A DNA stretch of 64,000 nucleotides from Dehalococcoidia bacterium (GTDB lineage Bacteria > Chloroflexota > Dehalococcoidia > Lucifugimonadales > VXLM01), in NCBI GenBank assembly GCA_963662435.1, contig OY759598.1:3879923-3943922 (forward strand), read 5' to 3'. The notes beneath the pieces are model-generated. The model saw only the letters and a list, made by a program, of their open reading frames with translations. It was not told where the DNA came from and ran no database searches. Below, in pieces: positions 1 to 9,496 of the stretch (position 1 is its first letter; every line of letters begins with the position of its first letter). Made by a program: the position numbers and the translations under genes.

Positions 1-436
1 CCATCGAGCAACCCGCCGTCAGGTTGGGCAGGATGACCCGCTGGTGGTCCTGGCTCAGGATGACCGCAGTCTCGGCCATGAAGTGAACGCCGCAGAAGAT
101 GATGCTCTCCGCGCTAGCCTGGCTTGCTGCGAACTGCGAGAGCTTGAACGAATCGCCTCGGAAGTCGGCGAACGTGATTATCTCGTTCCGCTGGTAGTGG
201 TGCCCGAGGATGACTGTCCGCTCACCCAGGCGCGAGCGCGCCTCCCTGATGCGAGCATCCAGCTCGTCCGGCTTGGCCTTGAGGTAGGAGATCGGGATCT
301 TCTGCCACTGGACCCCCGCCGAAAGCTCTTCTTCGAGCGACTTGGCCTGGAGCTGGTCGTCCGTCTGACAAAAGGCGGACTGCTCGATCTCGGTTATCGG
401 TATTGTCGGCGTCTTGGGAGATTCAGCGATTACCAT
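1..436 (-). CDS. nadA: quinolinate synthase NadA, N-terminal part (gene runs off the left edge)
   Basis: Absent from the ORF track because it is edge-truncated. Manual reverse translation from the ATG at 436 gives MVIAESPK...TVILGHHYQRNEIITFADFRGDSFKLSQ...SIIFCGVHFMAETAVIL...LPNLTAGCSM. This matches the GHHYQ / GDS / FCGVHFMAETA / AGCSM blocks of Bacillus-type NadA. Confidence 0.85.
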   Translation of the reverse strand, partial: MVIAESPKTPTIPITEIEQSAFCQTDDQLQAKSLEEELSAGVQWQKIPISYLKAKPDELDARIREARSRLGERTVILGHHYQRNEIITFADFRGDSFKLSQFAASQASAESIIFCGVHFMAETAVILSQDHQRVILPNLTAGCSM

Positions 437-453
437 GTTGTGCCTCCATTCAC

Positions 454-1734
454 CTACGCGGCGAGGGCGATTCGCCCCCCCAATGACCACGGCCCGGCGC
501 GTTCGATCCGTACCGGCGCGGTGTGGCCAATCACGTCTTCCCCACCTTCTACATACACCAGTTTGTCGCTGCGACTGCGTCCATGTACTTGTCCGCGCTT
601 GGTCCCCTCGACCAGGACTTCCAGGGTCTCGTCCATGAGCTTCGAGTTAATCTCGGCCTGGATGGACGCCTGGAGCTCGTCGATGGCCGTCAAACGCCGC
701 TTCTTCTCATCCTGAGGAACGTCGTCCTCGTACTTTCGGGAGGCGAACGTGTTTTCCCTCGTGGAATACATCGCGGAGTGGACCTTGTCGAACCGCACGT
801 CGCGCACCATCTCGTACGTCCTGTTGAACTGCTCGTCGGTCTCTCCACAGAACCCCACAATCAGGTCGGTCGTCATGGACACGTTCGGGATGCGGTCGCG
901 AATCCTATCGACGAGCCGGCGATAGTCGTCGTTCGTGTACTCCCTCTTCATCCTTGTGAGCACCTCGTCGTCTCCCGCCTGGAACGGCAGGTTGATGTGC
1001 TCGCAGACCTTCGGCAACTCGGCAACCGTGTCGATGATGTGGTCGCTCATGTCGTTTGGATGCGACGTGAGGAAGCGAATGCGATCGACCCCGTCGATGG
1101 GATGTACCGCCTTTAGCAGGTGCCCCAGGTCCACGTCCCCGTCGAGATCGTGCCCGTACGAGTCGACGTTCTGGCCCAGCAATGTCACCTCGCGAACGCC
1201 CCTCGCCGAGAGAAGCTCAACTTCGCGTACGATGTCCGGAATCGTTCTGCTGACCTCTCGTCCCCTTCGATAGGGGATGATGCAGAACGTGCAGAACTTG
1301 TCGCAGCCGTGAATGATCGGCACGTACGCCGTGACGTTCGGCCTCGCGGTGAGTGGCCCAATGCAACCCTCCGGGTCGATGCCCATGCGGTCGCCGAGCA
1401 GGTCGATCAGCGGAGTGAACTGCTGCGGCCGCATGAATACGTCCACCTGCGGGAACCGCTGCTCGAGCGTGTCCGTCTTCGGCCCGACCATGCAGCCCAT
1501 GAGCGCGACGACCTTTTCTTTGTCCTGCCGCTTCATCGGCTTGAGGTGACCGAGCATCCCGACCACCTTGTCCTCGGCGCTCTGGCGAACGACGCAGCTA
1601 TTGAGCACCACTACGTCCGCCTCCTTGGCAGAGGTGGCCTTGCCCAGCCCCATCTGCTCAAGTGCGCTTTCGAGGCGCTCGGAATCGGCCACGTTCATCT
1701 GGCAGCCGATAGTCCATATGTAATAGTCTTCCAT
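454..1734 (-). CDS. miaB: tRNA (i6A37) methylthiotransferase MiaB (radical SAM, with TRAM domain)
   Basis: 426-aa ORF. N-terminal YIWTIGCQMNVADSE, radical-SAM CDKFCTFC, and a C-terminal TRAM-like VLVEG...GRS segment. Confidence 0.9.
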   Translation of the reverse strand: MEDYYIWTIGCQMNVADSERLESALEQMGLGKATSAKEADVVVLNSCVVRQSAEDKVVGMLGHLKPMKRQDKEKVVALMGCMVGPKTDTLEQRFPQVDVFMRPQQFTPLIDLLGDRMGIDPEGCIGPLTARPNVTAYVPIIHGCDKFCTFCIIPYRRGREVSRTIPDIVREVELLSARGVREVTLLGQNVDSYGHDLDGDVDLGHLLKAVHPIDGVDRIRFLTSHPNDMSDHIIDTVAELPKVCEHINLPFQAGDDEVLTRMKREYTNDDYRRLVDRIRDRIPNVSMTTDLIVGFCGETDEQFNRTYEMVRDVRFDKVHSAMYSTRENTFASRKYEDDVPQDEKKRRLTAIDELQASIQAEINSKLMDETLEVLVEGTKRGQVHGRSRSDKLVYVEGGEDVIGHTAPVRIERAGPWSLGGRIALAA

Positions 1735-1946
1735 GTCCGCTTTGTGGGGGCTTTAGGAAATGGCGGAGGGAGTGGGATTCGTATCTAGCTACAATACAGG
1801 GGACTATTGCTACAAGTTCCCACACTTGTTACCACCATATCGAGCTGTGGCATTCCCCGATCCATGCTCGTTCGCGTATTATATCATTCCGCCGCGTATC
1901 GAGACGACTCTAGCGACCATAATCGAACTTGGTGTACAGCATAGAC

Positions 1947-2381
1947 TCATAAGTATTTCGAGTCTAGTTTGCTGGACATGGTGGCGGCGAGGCAGTATAT
2001 GCTGGCCACGGCGTCCATCCTGCGAATGAGCAGCGTGAGCCACTCCCTGGACACGGGGTAGGCCCGCACGAAGTCCGAGGGCGTGTCGAAGTCCAGAAAG
2101 TCGGCGGCTTCCCGAATGCCCTGCGTTGTCAGGCAGTATCTCCCGCTCGACGGTAGATGGACGGTCCCGTGGTTGATTTTCCCTACGATGCCGTTGGCCA
2201 GAAACTCGGATAGTCTGCGGTGGACGGTCGCGTGCGGCTCGCCCAGGATGAGCGCCAGCTCCGTCGAATCGACGAAGGGCATCCGGCTGAGGGCGTCTAG
2301 CATCTGTCGTTCTGACAGGAGCATACATTCAGCGTGGTGAATATAAGGCGAGATCGGCAACCGACATGTGGCAGCATTCAT
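1947..2381 (-). CDS. winged-helix protein resembling the N-terminal part of the Replic_Relax (replication-relaxation) family, probably truncated
   Basis: LSERQMLDALSRMPFVDSTELALILGEPHATVHRRLSEFLANGIV resembles the wHTH of this family. The ORF ends abruptly next to low-GC sequence. The likely start is the internal Met near 2324. Confidence 0.4.
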   Translation of the reverse strand: MNAATCRLPISPYIHHAECMLLSERQMLDALSRMPFVDSTELALILGEPHATVHRRLSEFLANGIVGKINHGTVHLPSSGRYCLTTQGIREAADFLDFDTPSDFVRAYPVSREWLTLLIRRMDAVASIYCLAATMSSKLDSKYL

Positions 2382-2446
2382 CCGAGCCGCCTGTGTAGCC
2401 GTAGTATCTGGGTTCGAGTGTTACGGCGTTGGGCGAGTCTGCGCAG

Positions 2447-3132
2447 TTAGGCGCCGTGTGCCCCGGCCACCTTCTCGAGGGCCGACTCCGCGTCCGGAAA
2501 TCCTTCCCTGTCGAACACCAACCGGAATGCGCCTTTGGCAGGCCCATCATGAATGGTCATTTTGCCGGCGTTGAAGGTTTCTTCAAGAGCTGCGAATACC
2601 CGGTCTTTGTATTCTGAGTCGTCGTTACCTGCCAGGTGTTCGCCCTTAGTCTCAAATACCAGCACGCTGGGCTTGCCGTCGGTCTCCCCACCCATCGCCA
2701 CAAAGTCCGGCCAAATGGGTTCTCGACGCCAGCCTTGGATGTAATACTCACCGTATTGCCTGACGGCGATGCGATGCCACCACTGCAACGCCTTCTGTTC
2801 GTCCAGATAGAATGCGAACCTGCGCTCCAAGTTATTGAACTCCCGGTCGAATACAGGCTCGAAGAATGTCAGTTGAACGGACTGCCCGTAGCGCTGCAAT
2901 TGAACGTCGCTGTCGGCTATCAGCAATTCATAGCTCTTGCGCACACGGTAGTTCTGGTCGGTGATCTCCAAGTCGAGCGAATCTCTCCTCCAGCCACCTT
3001 GGCGCGAAAAACCTTCTCAGCCTGTTGGTCCATGGCATTGATCACGTTATCTCGCAATTGGGACGCCAACGCCGAGCGCTGTCCGTATATGTCCCCATCG
3101 TCTTGGCCCGCGTCACGCATACGCCGAATCAT
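2447..3132 (-). pseudogene. C-terminal remnant of a type III restriction / DEAD-helicase-type enzyme (PD-(D/E)xK nuclease domain), frameshifted and 5'-truncated
   Basis: The 174-aa ORF carries WPDFVAM...VLVFETKGEHL. The upstream 70-aa ORF (2920-3132) continues the same protein in another frame (..EKVFRAKVAGGEI / LDLEITDQNY). No helicase part is present. Confidence 0.5.
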
Positions 3133-3687
3133 TCACAGAAACCAGTACACTCCCACTGCCAGAGTACAAATCCACGTAAGCGCGAACGGAATGATGTATC
3201 TAGAACTCGTCAGTGGAGGGTATACTGTATTGGTTCGTATCTTCAAGGAAGTAACTGCTGATCCGAGCCACGTCAGGGTCATCACCACAAACACACTGTA
3301 ACCTCCCAGCCAACCACCTGGGGCTAAGGTTTCATCTGGACCGTGTCCGAGCCAGAAAATATCCATTCCCACCACGTATTGCCCCCAGAATAAGATAGGG
3401 CCAACCATCCATGCGAAATAAAGCAAGAGATACAGAGGACCTACGAAACCGGGCGAGCGCTGCGCATTCAGTCCGTAAACTAGCCGAAGCCATGGAATAA
3501 GTAGGAAAATCGAGTAGGCCCCGCCTACCATTGCGAAGTGCCCCCCACTCAATCCCCGTCTACGTGCTAAGTACCACACAGTCAGGGCCCCAAATGGCGA
3601 CCATGCCAGCCCCACCGCCAATAGGCATATGAGAACACCAAACACCGACAGAGGTCCGAAAACAACAATTGCGCCAGTCAGTGTCAT
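3133..3687 (-). CDS. polytopic membrane protein, unknown function
   Basis: 184-aa ORF with 5-6 hydrophobic spans. It overlaps the upstream ORF by 4 nt (3684-3687). Confidence 0.6.
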   Translation of the reverse strand: MTLTGAIVVFGPLSVFGVLICLLAVGLAWSPFGALTVWYLARRRGLSGGHFAMVGGAYSIFLLIPWLRLVYGLNAQRSPGFVGPLYLLLYFAWMVGPILFWGQYVVGMDIFWLGHGPDETLAPGGWLGGYSVFVVMTLTWLGSAVTSLKIRTNTVYPPLTSSRYIIPFALTWICTLAVGVYWFL

Positions 3688-4229
3688 TGGAACTCAAATG
3701 GGCCAATGCTAATTATGAGCCTGCGTCCACGCTTCCCCTCTCCCCCGTAGTCACCACCTCCGTACTCTCCATCCAGGGGGAAAACGGCAATCGATACCTC
3801 GGACAGTATTGAGCCTACAGGCGTGTAGGACAAATCATAGGAACACGTAAACTGGTGGCCACTGACCGTGCAAGAGTTAATGTCACTCCATAGTGGAGCG
3901 GTAGTTGGATATCCGACGTAAATGGTCTCCCCATCTCTAATCTCCCCCTTCAGCGATTCGATAACCCCGAAGCGTCTAACTATCTCGGTGACCGACCCGT
4001 GCGGCAGTCCATCCGCCGCGGATACTATCGGGACCACGTAGGTCGTTTCGTCCAGGTACCGTGCAATTGTGATCCCATCGGAGTCGTTGACCAGTTGATC
4101 TGCACTGAAGTAGTCCGGCCATTCGCTACCGCCGCCGCCGTAGAGCATGAATCGCAGGACGATCAGAGCGCCGAGGACAATTCCTACGGCTGCCATGGAC
4201 CCCAAGATGACAGCTATCTTGCGTTTCAT
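3684..4229 (-). CDS. signal-anchored secreted protein, unknown function
   Basis: 181-aa ORF with an N-terminal TM/signal (KIAVILGSMAAVGIVLGALIVL). A degraded copy of its 3' end lies at 20100-20265. Confidence 0.6.
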   Translation of the reverse strand: MKRKIAVILGSMAAVGIVLGALIVLRFMLYGGGGSEWPDYFSADQLVNDSDGITIARYLDETTYVVPIVSAADGLPHGSVTEIVRRFGVIESLKGEIRDGETIYVGYPTTAPLWSDINSCTVSGHQFTCSYDLSYTPVGSILSEVSIAVFPLDGEYGGGDYGGEGKRGRRLIISIGPFEFQ

Positions 4230-4251
4230 ACGCTAAACCCCATGCCACGTC

Positions 4252-5022
4252 CTAACGGAAAGGGAACCGGTGCCAGGAGCGGTACAGCAACCGCCGTCTC
4301 ATTGTGACGAGAATCGTGCCTAAGAAAGCAATCGCTAGGAAGCCCAGGCTCATGGCTGCTTCGGAGTTGGTGATGATGTCGCTGGTGCAGTAGCCGCGGG
4401 AGCCCATCAAGGGGCCTACTCTCTGCCACGTCACACCACCGTCGTAGCTCACCATCGCGGGACCGTCGTTCTTGAGCCTCCCAGTCTCCCCGAGGTTTGG
4501 CCGAGACTCCCAGCGCAACAACTGTCCGTCGGAGTCGTAAGACAGGATCCAACACCGATCTTCGTTGTCCTGGATGCCCCATAGTGCAAAGAATCCAAGT
4601 GCCACGGTCGCGACGATGAGCAGCCCCACGACCGCGGCAGGAACGGAGGTCGCCAGAGGGCGCCCCGACGCGGCGAGGCTCCTAGCGGCGGCGAACCAGA
4701 GCACGAAGGTAGCGGGCAGTAACACTACTGAGACAAGTGAGAAGGCTGAGAAGCTGGCTACGAGTGAGAGGAGTCCGATAGCAGCCAGGAGGCCTCCACG
4801 GACTCCAGGGTCCCGTACTCCGGATGCCATAAGGGCGAGTAGGTATGGTGAGGCGTACACCAAGGCGAAGGCGATGTTGCCGGCAAGCTGGCCGGCTACC
4901 TCTGGGGGCTCACTGTTCAGGACCCGCACGCAGCCGAGGCCTACAGCGGGGACGAGCCCGATAATCGCCCCGACCACAGCCAACCTGGTTCCACGTCCCG
5001 CAGCACTGTCAGCGTCTCCCAT
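4252..5022 (-). CDS. membrane protein, unknown function
   Basis: 256-aa ORF with 4-5 TM spans, a soluble insert and a terminal TM. Same strand and tight spacing with its neighbours. Confidence 0.55.
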   Translation of the reverse strand: MGDADSAAGRGTRLAVVGAIIGLVPAVGLGCVRVLNSEPPEVAGQLAGNIAFALVYASPYLLALMASGVRDPGVRGGLLAAIGLLSLVASFSAFSLVSVVLLPATFVLWFAAARSLAASGRPLATSVPAAVVGLLIVATVALGFFALWGIQDNEDRCWILSYDSDGQLLRWESRPNLGETGRLKNDGPAMVSYDGGVTWQRVGPLMGSRGYCTSDIITNSEAAMSLGFLAIAFLGTILVTMRRRLLYRSWHRFPFR

Positions 5023-5028
5023 AACGAT

Positions 5029-5637
5029 CTATCTACGGGGCCACGGCTTCCAGTTTAGATCCATTCGACTGCGACCCCCGGCCATCTCACGTGCCCAGTG
5101 ACCGTTCACACGAGACCCCCGTTGGGACCTCGTTGAATTTCGCCCATCATCAGGCGACCACAACCTCGTTTCAATCCAACCAGATCCCATGAAGGACATT
5201 GGGGGAATTTCAATCGATTCTCGAATCCTCCCGGCAGTTACGTCGTCAACCTTACCTTCGAGTCTTTCGATCTCGACTTCTTCTGACTCATCACAGGCAT
5301 CGCAGCCACAGTCTGGAAAGGGTTCGATGTACCATCGCCCGAATCGAACACGAAGACTCGGAAAGGTGAAAAACGCCACCACGATGGGCGCGGCCTCAGG
5401 GTCCCTGGGGACAAGTTTGACATCCGGACGGGCAGGGTTTAGGCCCCTCTCCAGTTCCTCGTCAAGACCATATCCTTCTATGCGCTCGACATCGAAGTCG
5501 TTCTCCAGCCGGTCCAAAATCTCCAGGACGGCGGGATGCAGCGGACCAAATCGCTCAGGGTTGGTCACACGACTGTATGCCGGGTCCGTGGGAGGCTCTT
5601 CACCCTCCATTCTACTGTTTCCAAACCATCCAGACAT
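5029..5637 (-). CDS. hypothetical cytoplasmic protein with a FPDCGCDACD motif (possibly DUF6226-like)
   Basis: 202-aa ORF with non-repetitive composition. The Cys cluster CGCDAC is conserved-looking. The family name is from memory only. Confidence 0.5.
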   Translation of the reverse strand: MSGWFGNSRMEGEEPPTDPAYSRVTNPERFGPLHPAVLEILDRLENDFDVERIEGYGLDEELERGLNPARPDVKLVPRDPEAAPIVVAFFTFPSLRVRFGRWYIEPFPDCGCDACDESEEVEIERLEGKVDDVTAGRIRESIEIPPMSFMGSGWIETRLWSPDDGRNSTRSQRGSRVNGHWAREMAGGRSRMDLNWKPWPRR

Positions 5638-5695
5638 TCCTCTACCTTCGTACTACAGATCCCCACGCGTGTTTGCGGGGTTACTCCGGTCCCTT

Positions 5696-6124
5696 CTATG
5701 GTGACGTCGAGGTCGTCTCGAAGACGTAGAGCACGTCCCCGAACCTCATAGTGAAGTAGCTAGTCTCCGCAAACGTCGCACCCTCGCAGGCGATCCCATC
5801 ACCATCGGAGTCCAGCACCGCGGCATCCGACCACTCTTCATCCCTCGTGTGGTCGTAGTATAGTTGCGCCGCACGCTGAGTCGGAAAGTGCGAACATCCC
5901 CTTACGAACGAGTCGGAATCGGAGCCATCGGTCGATAAGCCGAATAGCCAGATCACGGGCAGAGTCACACTGAGGATGCCATAGACGACGGCCATGCCGT
6001 AGCCGCTCCACCTCAGCATCCGTTCCCTTGCCGACATGACCAGCAGGATACCTAGTCCCGCAGTCATCAGGAACAGAACTATGAACGCGACATTCACCCC
6101 TACGAATGCGACATTAGTGCTCAT
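5696..6124 (-). CDS. membrane-anchored protein with a C-terminal Excalibur-type calcium-binding motif
   Basis: 142-aa ORF with two N-terminal TM spans. LDSDGDGIACEG matches the DxDxDGxxCE Excalibur signature. Confidence 0.6.
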   Translation of the reverse strand: MSTNVAFVGVNVAFIVLFLMTAGLGILLVMSARERMLRWSGYGMAVVYGILSVTLPVIWLFGLSTDGSDSDSFVRGCSHFPTQRAAQLYYDHTRDEEWSDAAVLDSDGDGIACEGATFAETSYFTMRFGDVLYVFETTSTSP

Positions 6125-6395
6125 TTCGATTATCCGTGCTAGGTCTGGTGCAACTTGATGGCCACCGCTCAGCTAGAGTCGTCATCTCTCCTCCTGTTCT
6201 TGAGCCACTAGACATTGACTCACACGTGTACCCTGAAGGTCAATGAACCAGCAGCTACGCGGTGACCGCGCCGCCTTGGTGGGCCAACGTGTACAGACTG
6301 CGAACTTTTCGGTGGGAGATTCGGCTGTAGGTAACCGGAAGACCGCTTGCTCAAGACTATATATCTTTGACTGTGCACACCCTTCAGGCGGTATT

Positions 6396-8399
6396 TCATG
6401 GGTAAAGTGACTGCGCATACCGGCCAAGCGCCGAGAGCGGGAAGTAGTTGCGGTACAAGTGGTATTTGATCATGAAGGCCGCGCCCAACTCAGGGCCCTG
6501 AGAGTTAGGGCCGTCGAGCGGTTCTTGCTTGTTTGGTCTTTCACCAGGTCCGTAACCGGGGAACCCACATCCTGTGAATTGAGCCTCATCCCAAGTTCCG
6601 TCTTCTTGTTGACGTTCAAGAAGGAATTCGATGCCTCGCGCTACGGACTCGTGCCGCGCCTCACCTGCCGCAATGAGTGCAATAAGAGCCCAAGAAGTCT
6701 GTGATGGTGTGCTCTCGCCTTGTCCTCGAAGAGACGGGTCTGCGTAGCTGACACAGGTTTCGCCCCAACCTCCATCCGGGTTCTGATGTGCCAGAAGCCA
6801 TTCAACGGCCCGGCGTACCCGAGGTTGCGTCATGTCCACCCCCAGGGCTTCCAGCGCAGGGAGCACGGCGCCTGTTCCGTAGATGTAGTTCACTCCCCAG
6901 CGCCCGAACCATGGGCCGTCGTGCTCCTGCTGTTCCCAGATATAGGAAAGCCCCTGGCGAACGGCGGGGTGCTCCACCGTATACCCCAGCTTCGCATACA
7001 TCTCTAGTACGTGTGCCGTCACGTCAACGCTGGGTGGATCAAGGAGTTCACCAAAGTCTGCGAACGGGATTTTCGCCAACTCGCGGGAGTCGTTGTTCCA
7101 GTCGAATGCGGCCCACCCGCCGTTTGAGCACTGCATCCCTGTCAGCCAGTTGACGGCACGGTCGAGAGCCTCCGTCCGTGCCCGCTCTCCAGCATCGTCG
7201 TGCATACTAGTGGCTGCGAGGTCCGCCACCACAATGGCAGAGTCGTCAATGTCCGGATAGTGGACATTATCGAATTCAAAGGCCCATCCACTGGGTTCCA
7301 GGTGGGGTCTGTACACGGCCCAGTCGCCTTTGAATCGGATCTCTTGACTAATGAGCCAGGCTGCTGCACGTTGCATTGCAGGGTGATCAGACGGTACACC
7401 CGAGTCGAGGAGTCCGCGCATCGCCAGACAGGTATCCCACACGGGAGAGAGGCACGCCTGTACCCTGAGCGCATCACCGTCTTCTGATGGAACGCTCCAA
7501 TTCCGCCTGAACCCTTCCAGCCCACTTGAGATGATGGGATGGTCCAGTGGGTACCCGATGGCGCTCAATGCGATGAGCGAGTACACCCAGGGGGGCTGAA
7601 TTCCCGCCCACGAACCGTCTGCCTCCTGGTGTCTGACGATCCAATCTACGGCGGCCTTGATTGCTCTTTCCCGGCCGGGGATGAAAGGAAGCTTGCGATA
7701 GATGCGTATGGCCCTGTCCAACACCAGGAACCAACCCTTGAGGGAAAAGGGCTTTGCCTTCCAGCGAGACAACGTGAACGTGACCGGGCCCTCGGGGTAG
7801 AGTTCCGTCACCCAGGCGCTCTCGTGTGGGGGCCGAGTGGGATGGAGTGTGAGAATGATGGTCATGGGCACGATGGTGGCTCGCGCCCAGCTCGCGAAAC
7901 GGTAGATGTTGAAGGGCGCCCACCTCGGCAGCAGCATCATGTCGGGAGGCATGGCAGGCGTTCCCTTCCAATCCCACTGGCCGAAGAGGGCAAGCCATAT
8001 CTTGGTGAATACGCGCGCCTTGGGCACACCTCCGCACGCCAGGATGAAGGTACGGGCCTTTGCCATGTGAGGAGCTTCCGGGGAATCGCCGGCGAGCTTG
8101 AGCGCGAAGTAACACTCGATGGATGTGCTAAGGTCTCCCGGAGCGCCGTAGTACATCCGCCATGAGCCGTCTGCCGATTGCCTGCGTCGGATGTCTTCCG
8201 CAATGCGTGGGATCCGGTCTTCTTCCTCTGATCCCAAGAAGTGCGTGAGCATGATGTACTCCGCCTCCATAGTTGGATTGGACTCCAACTCTCCCCACCA
8301 GTGCCCTTCCTCATGCTGCGTGCGGAAGAAGTACCGCTGTGTCCGCTTCAATGCTTCTCGGAGACGGTTCTCCATACCCTGTTCGATCAACTTCGCCAC
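6396..8399 (-). CDS. shc: squalene-hopene cyclase
   Basis: 667-aa ORF with repeated QW-type motifs (DGSW/DGGW...), a DxDD-type catalytic motif (PDIDDSAIV) and a GWGE C-terminal block. Confidence 0.9.
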   Translation of the reverse strand: MAKLIEQGMENRLREALKRTQRYFFRTQHEEGHWWGELESNPTMEAEYIMLTHFLGSEEEDRIPRIAEDIRRRQSADGSWRMYYGAPGDLSTSIECYFALKLAGDSPEAPHMAKARTFILACGGVPKARVFTKIWLALFGQWDWKGTPAMPPDMMLLPRWAPFNIYRFASWARATIVPMTIILTLHPTRPPHESAWVTELYPEGPVTFTLSRWKAKPFSLKGWFLVLDRAIRIYRKLPFIPGRERAIKAAVDWIVRHQEADGSWAGIQPPWVYSLIALSAIGYPLDHPIISSGLEGFRRNWSVPSEDGDALRVQACLSPVWDTCLAMRGLLDSGVPSDHPAMQRAAAWLISQEIRFKGDWAVYRPHLEPSGWAFEFDNVHYPDIDDSAIVVADLAATSMHDDAGERARTEALDRAVNWLTGMQCSNGGWAAFDWNNDSRELAKIPFADFGELLDPPSVDVTAHVLEMYAKLGYTVEHPAVRQGLSYIWEQQEHDGPWFGRWGVNYIYGTGAVLPALEALGVDMTQPRVRRAVEWLLAHQNPDGGWGETCVSYADPSLRGQGESTPSQTSWALIALIAAGEARHESVARGIEFLLERQQEDGTWDEAQFTGCGFPGYGPGERPNKQEPLDGPNSQGPELGAAFMIKYHLYRNYFPLSALGRYAQSLYP

Positions 8400-8476
8400 C
8401 CGGTCCTTAGATCGTCTATCAACTGAATCCTATTTCGGCAGCCAACTCACGTGTTGTATGACTAGGGCGACGGGAT

Positions 8477-9496
8477 TCACGCGTCCACGGAGTCGCGTGG
8501 CTTATCCCTCGCTGTCTCCCCGCGTGCCGCGAACCATTCAACGGCCTCTTGGAATGCTTGGCGTACCGGTGTCTGCGGCATACGCAACTCTCTCACACTC
8601 CACGATGGGTCTACCCACATTCGGGTCGAGGCCATTTGGGCCGCTTCGAGGGCTATTGCCGGTGGACGCCGGAGTATTCTTCCGGCAATCTCGCTCACCC
8701 GCGCTGCGGCCAAGACTGCTGTGTGCGGTAAGCGAAGGCGCGGGGCAGGCACGCCGGTCAGTTCGGAGAGAATTCCGAACGCCTGCGAGAGCGTCAGATT
8801 CCCATCCGCGTTCCCAAGAAGGTAGCGCGCGCCAAGTTGACCTCGCTCGAGCGCAAGCAAGTGGCCCTCCGCCACATCTCGAACATGCACGAAGTTCAGA
8901 CCCGTGTCCACGTAGGCAGGCATCCGCCGCCGCATGAAGTCCCGAACAATTCTCCCTGTCGGAGTGGGCTTCTCATCGCCGGGCCCTATGGGTGCCGTCG
9001 GACAAACGGTCACGACCGGCGCGCCCTGCATTGCCATCTGCCGCACGACGCATTCCGCCTCAAATTTGGAGCGCTTATATGGACCCTTCATTGTCTCCGG
9101 CCCCGCCAAATCTCTCTCGGTGGCAAGACCGTCTATCGATAAGGCAGTCCCTCCCACAGTGCCGGTGTAAACAATCCGTTCGACGCCTACCTTGAGTGCC
9201 ATGTGCAAGACGTTCTGCGTGCCGTCCACATTTACCTCGCGCATTACTTCTGTCTGCGTGGAATCGAACGTATACAGCGCGGCTAGATGGATGACGGCGT
9301 CACAGCCCTTCAATGCTGAACGAACGGACTCCAGGTCGCGCACATCTCCCGCGGCAGGGACAACCGAATGCCTCGGCGCTTGGTACGCGCTTATGTTCCG
9401 TACCAGAGCCACAACTTCATAGCCCCGGCGAGCGGCAGCCTCAACGACATGTCGCCCGATGAAGCCGGACGTGCCGGTTACGAGGACCCGGGTCAC
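8477..9496 (-). CDS. hpnA: hopanoid-associated NAD-dependent epimerase/dehydratase (HpnA-like SDR)
   Basis: RVLVTGTSGFIGRHVV Rossmann motif. I place the start at GTG 9496, which overlaps the hpnG stop (GTGA). The track ORF extends to 9634, but that N-terminus is non-homologous-looking. Confidence 0.8.
   Translation of the reverse strand: MTRVLVTGTSGFIGRHVVEAAARRGYEVVALVRNISAYQAPRHSVVPAAGDVRDLESVRSALKGCDAVIHLAALYTFDSTQTEVMREVNVDGTQNVLHMALKVGVERIVYTGTVGGTALSIDGLATERDLAGPETMKGPYKRSKFEAECVVRQMAMQGAPVVTVCPTAPIGPGDEKPTPTGRIVRDFMRRRMPAYVDTGLNFVHVRDVAEGHLLALERGQLGARYLLGNADGNLTLSQAFGILSELTGVPAPRLRLPHTAVLAAARVSEIAGRILRRPPAIALEAAQMASTRMWVDPSWSVRELRMPQTPVRQAFQEAVEWFAARGETARDKPRDSVDA

Noticed and set aside
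44-1788. Plus-strand ORFs 44-715, 523-1116 and 1120-1788.
   Set aside because: They are antisense to nadA and miaB, both of which are strongly supported by motifs.
6182-6427. 81-aa minus-strand ORF between shc and the Excalibur gene.
   Set aside because: It overlaps the shc 3' end, has no SD or motif, and is probably intergenic.
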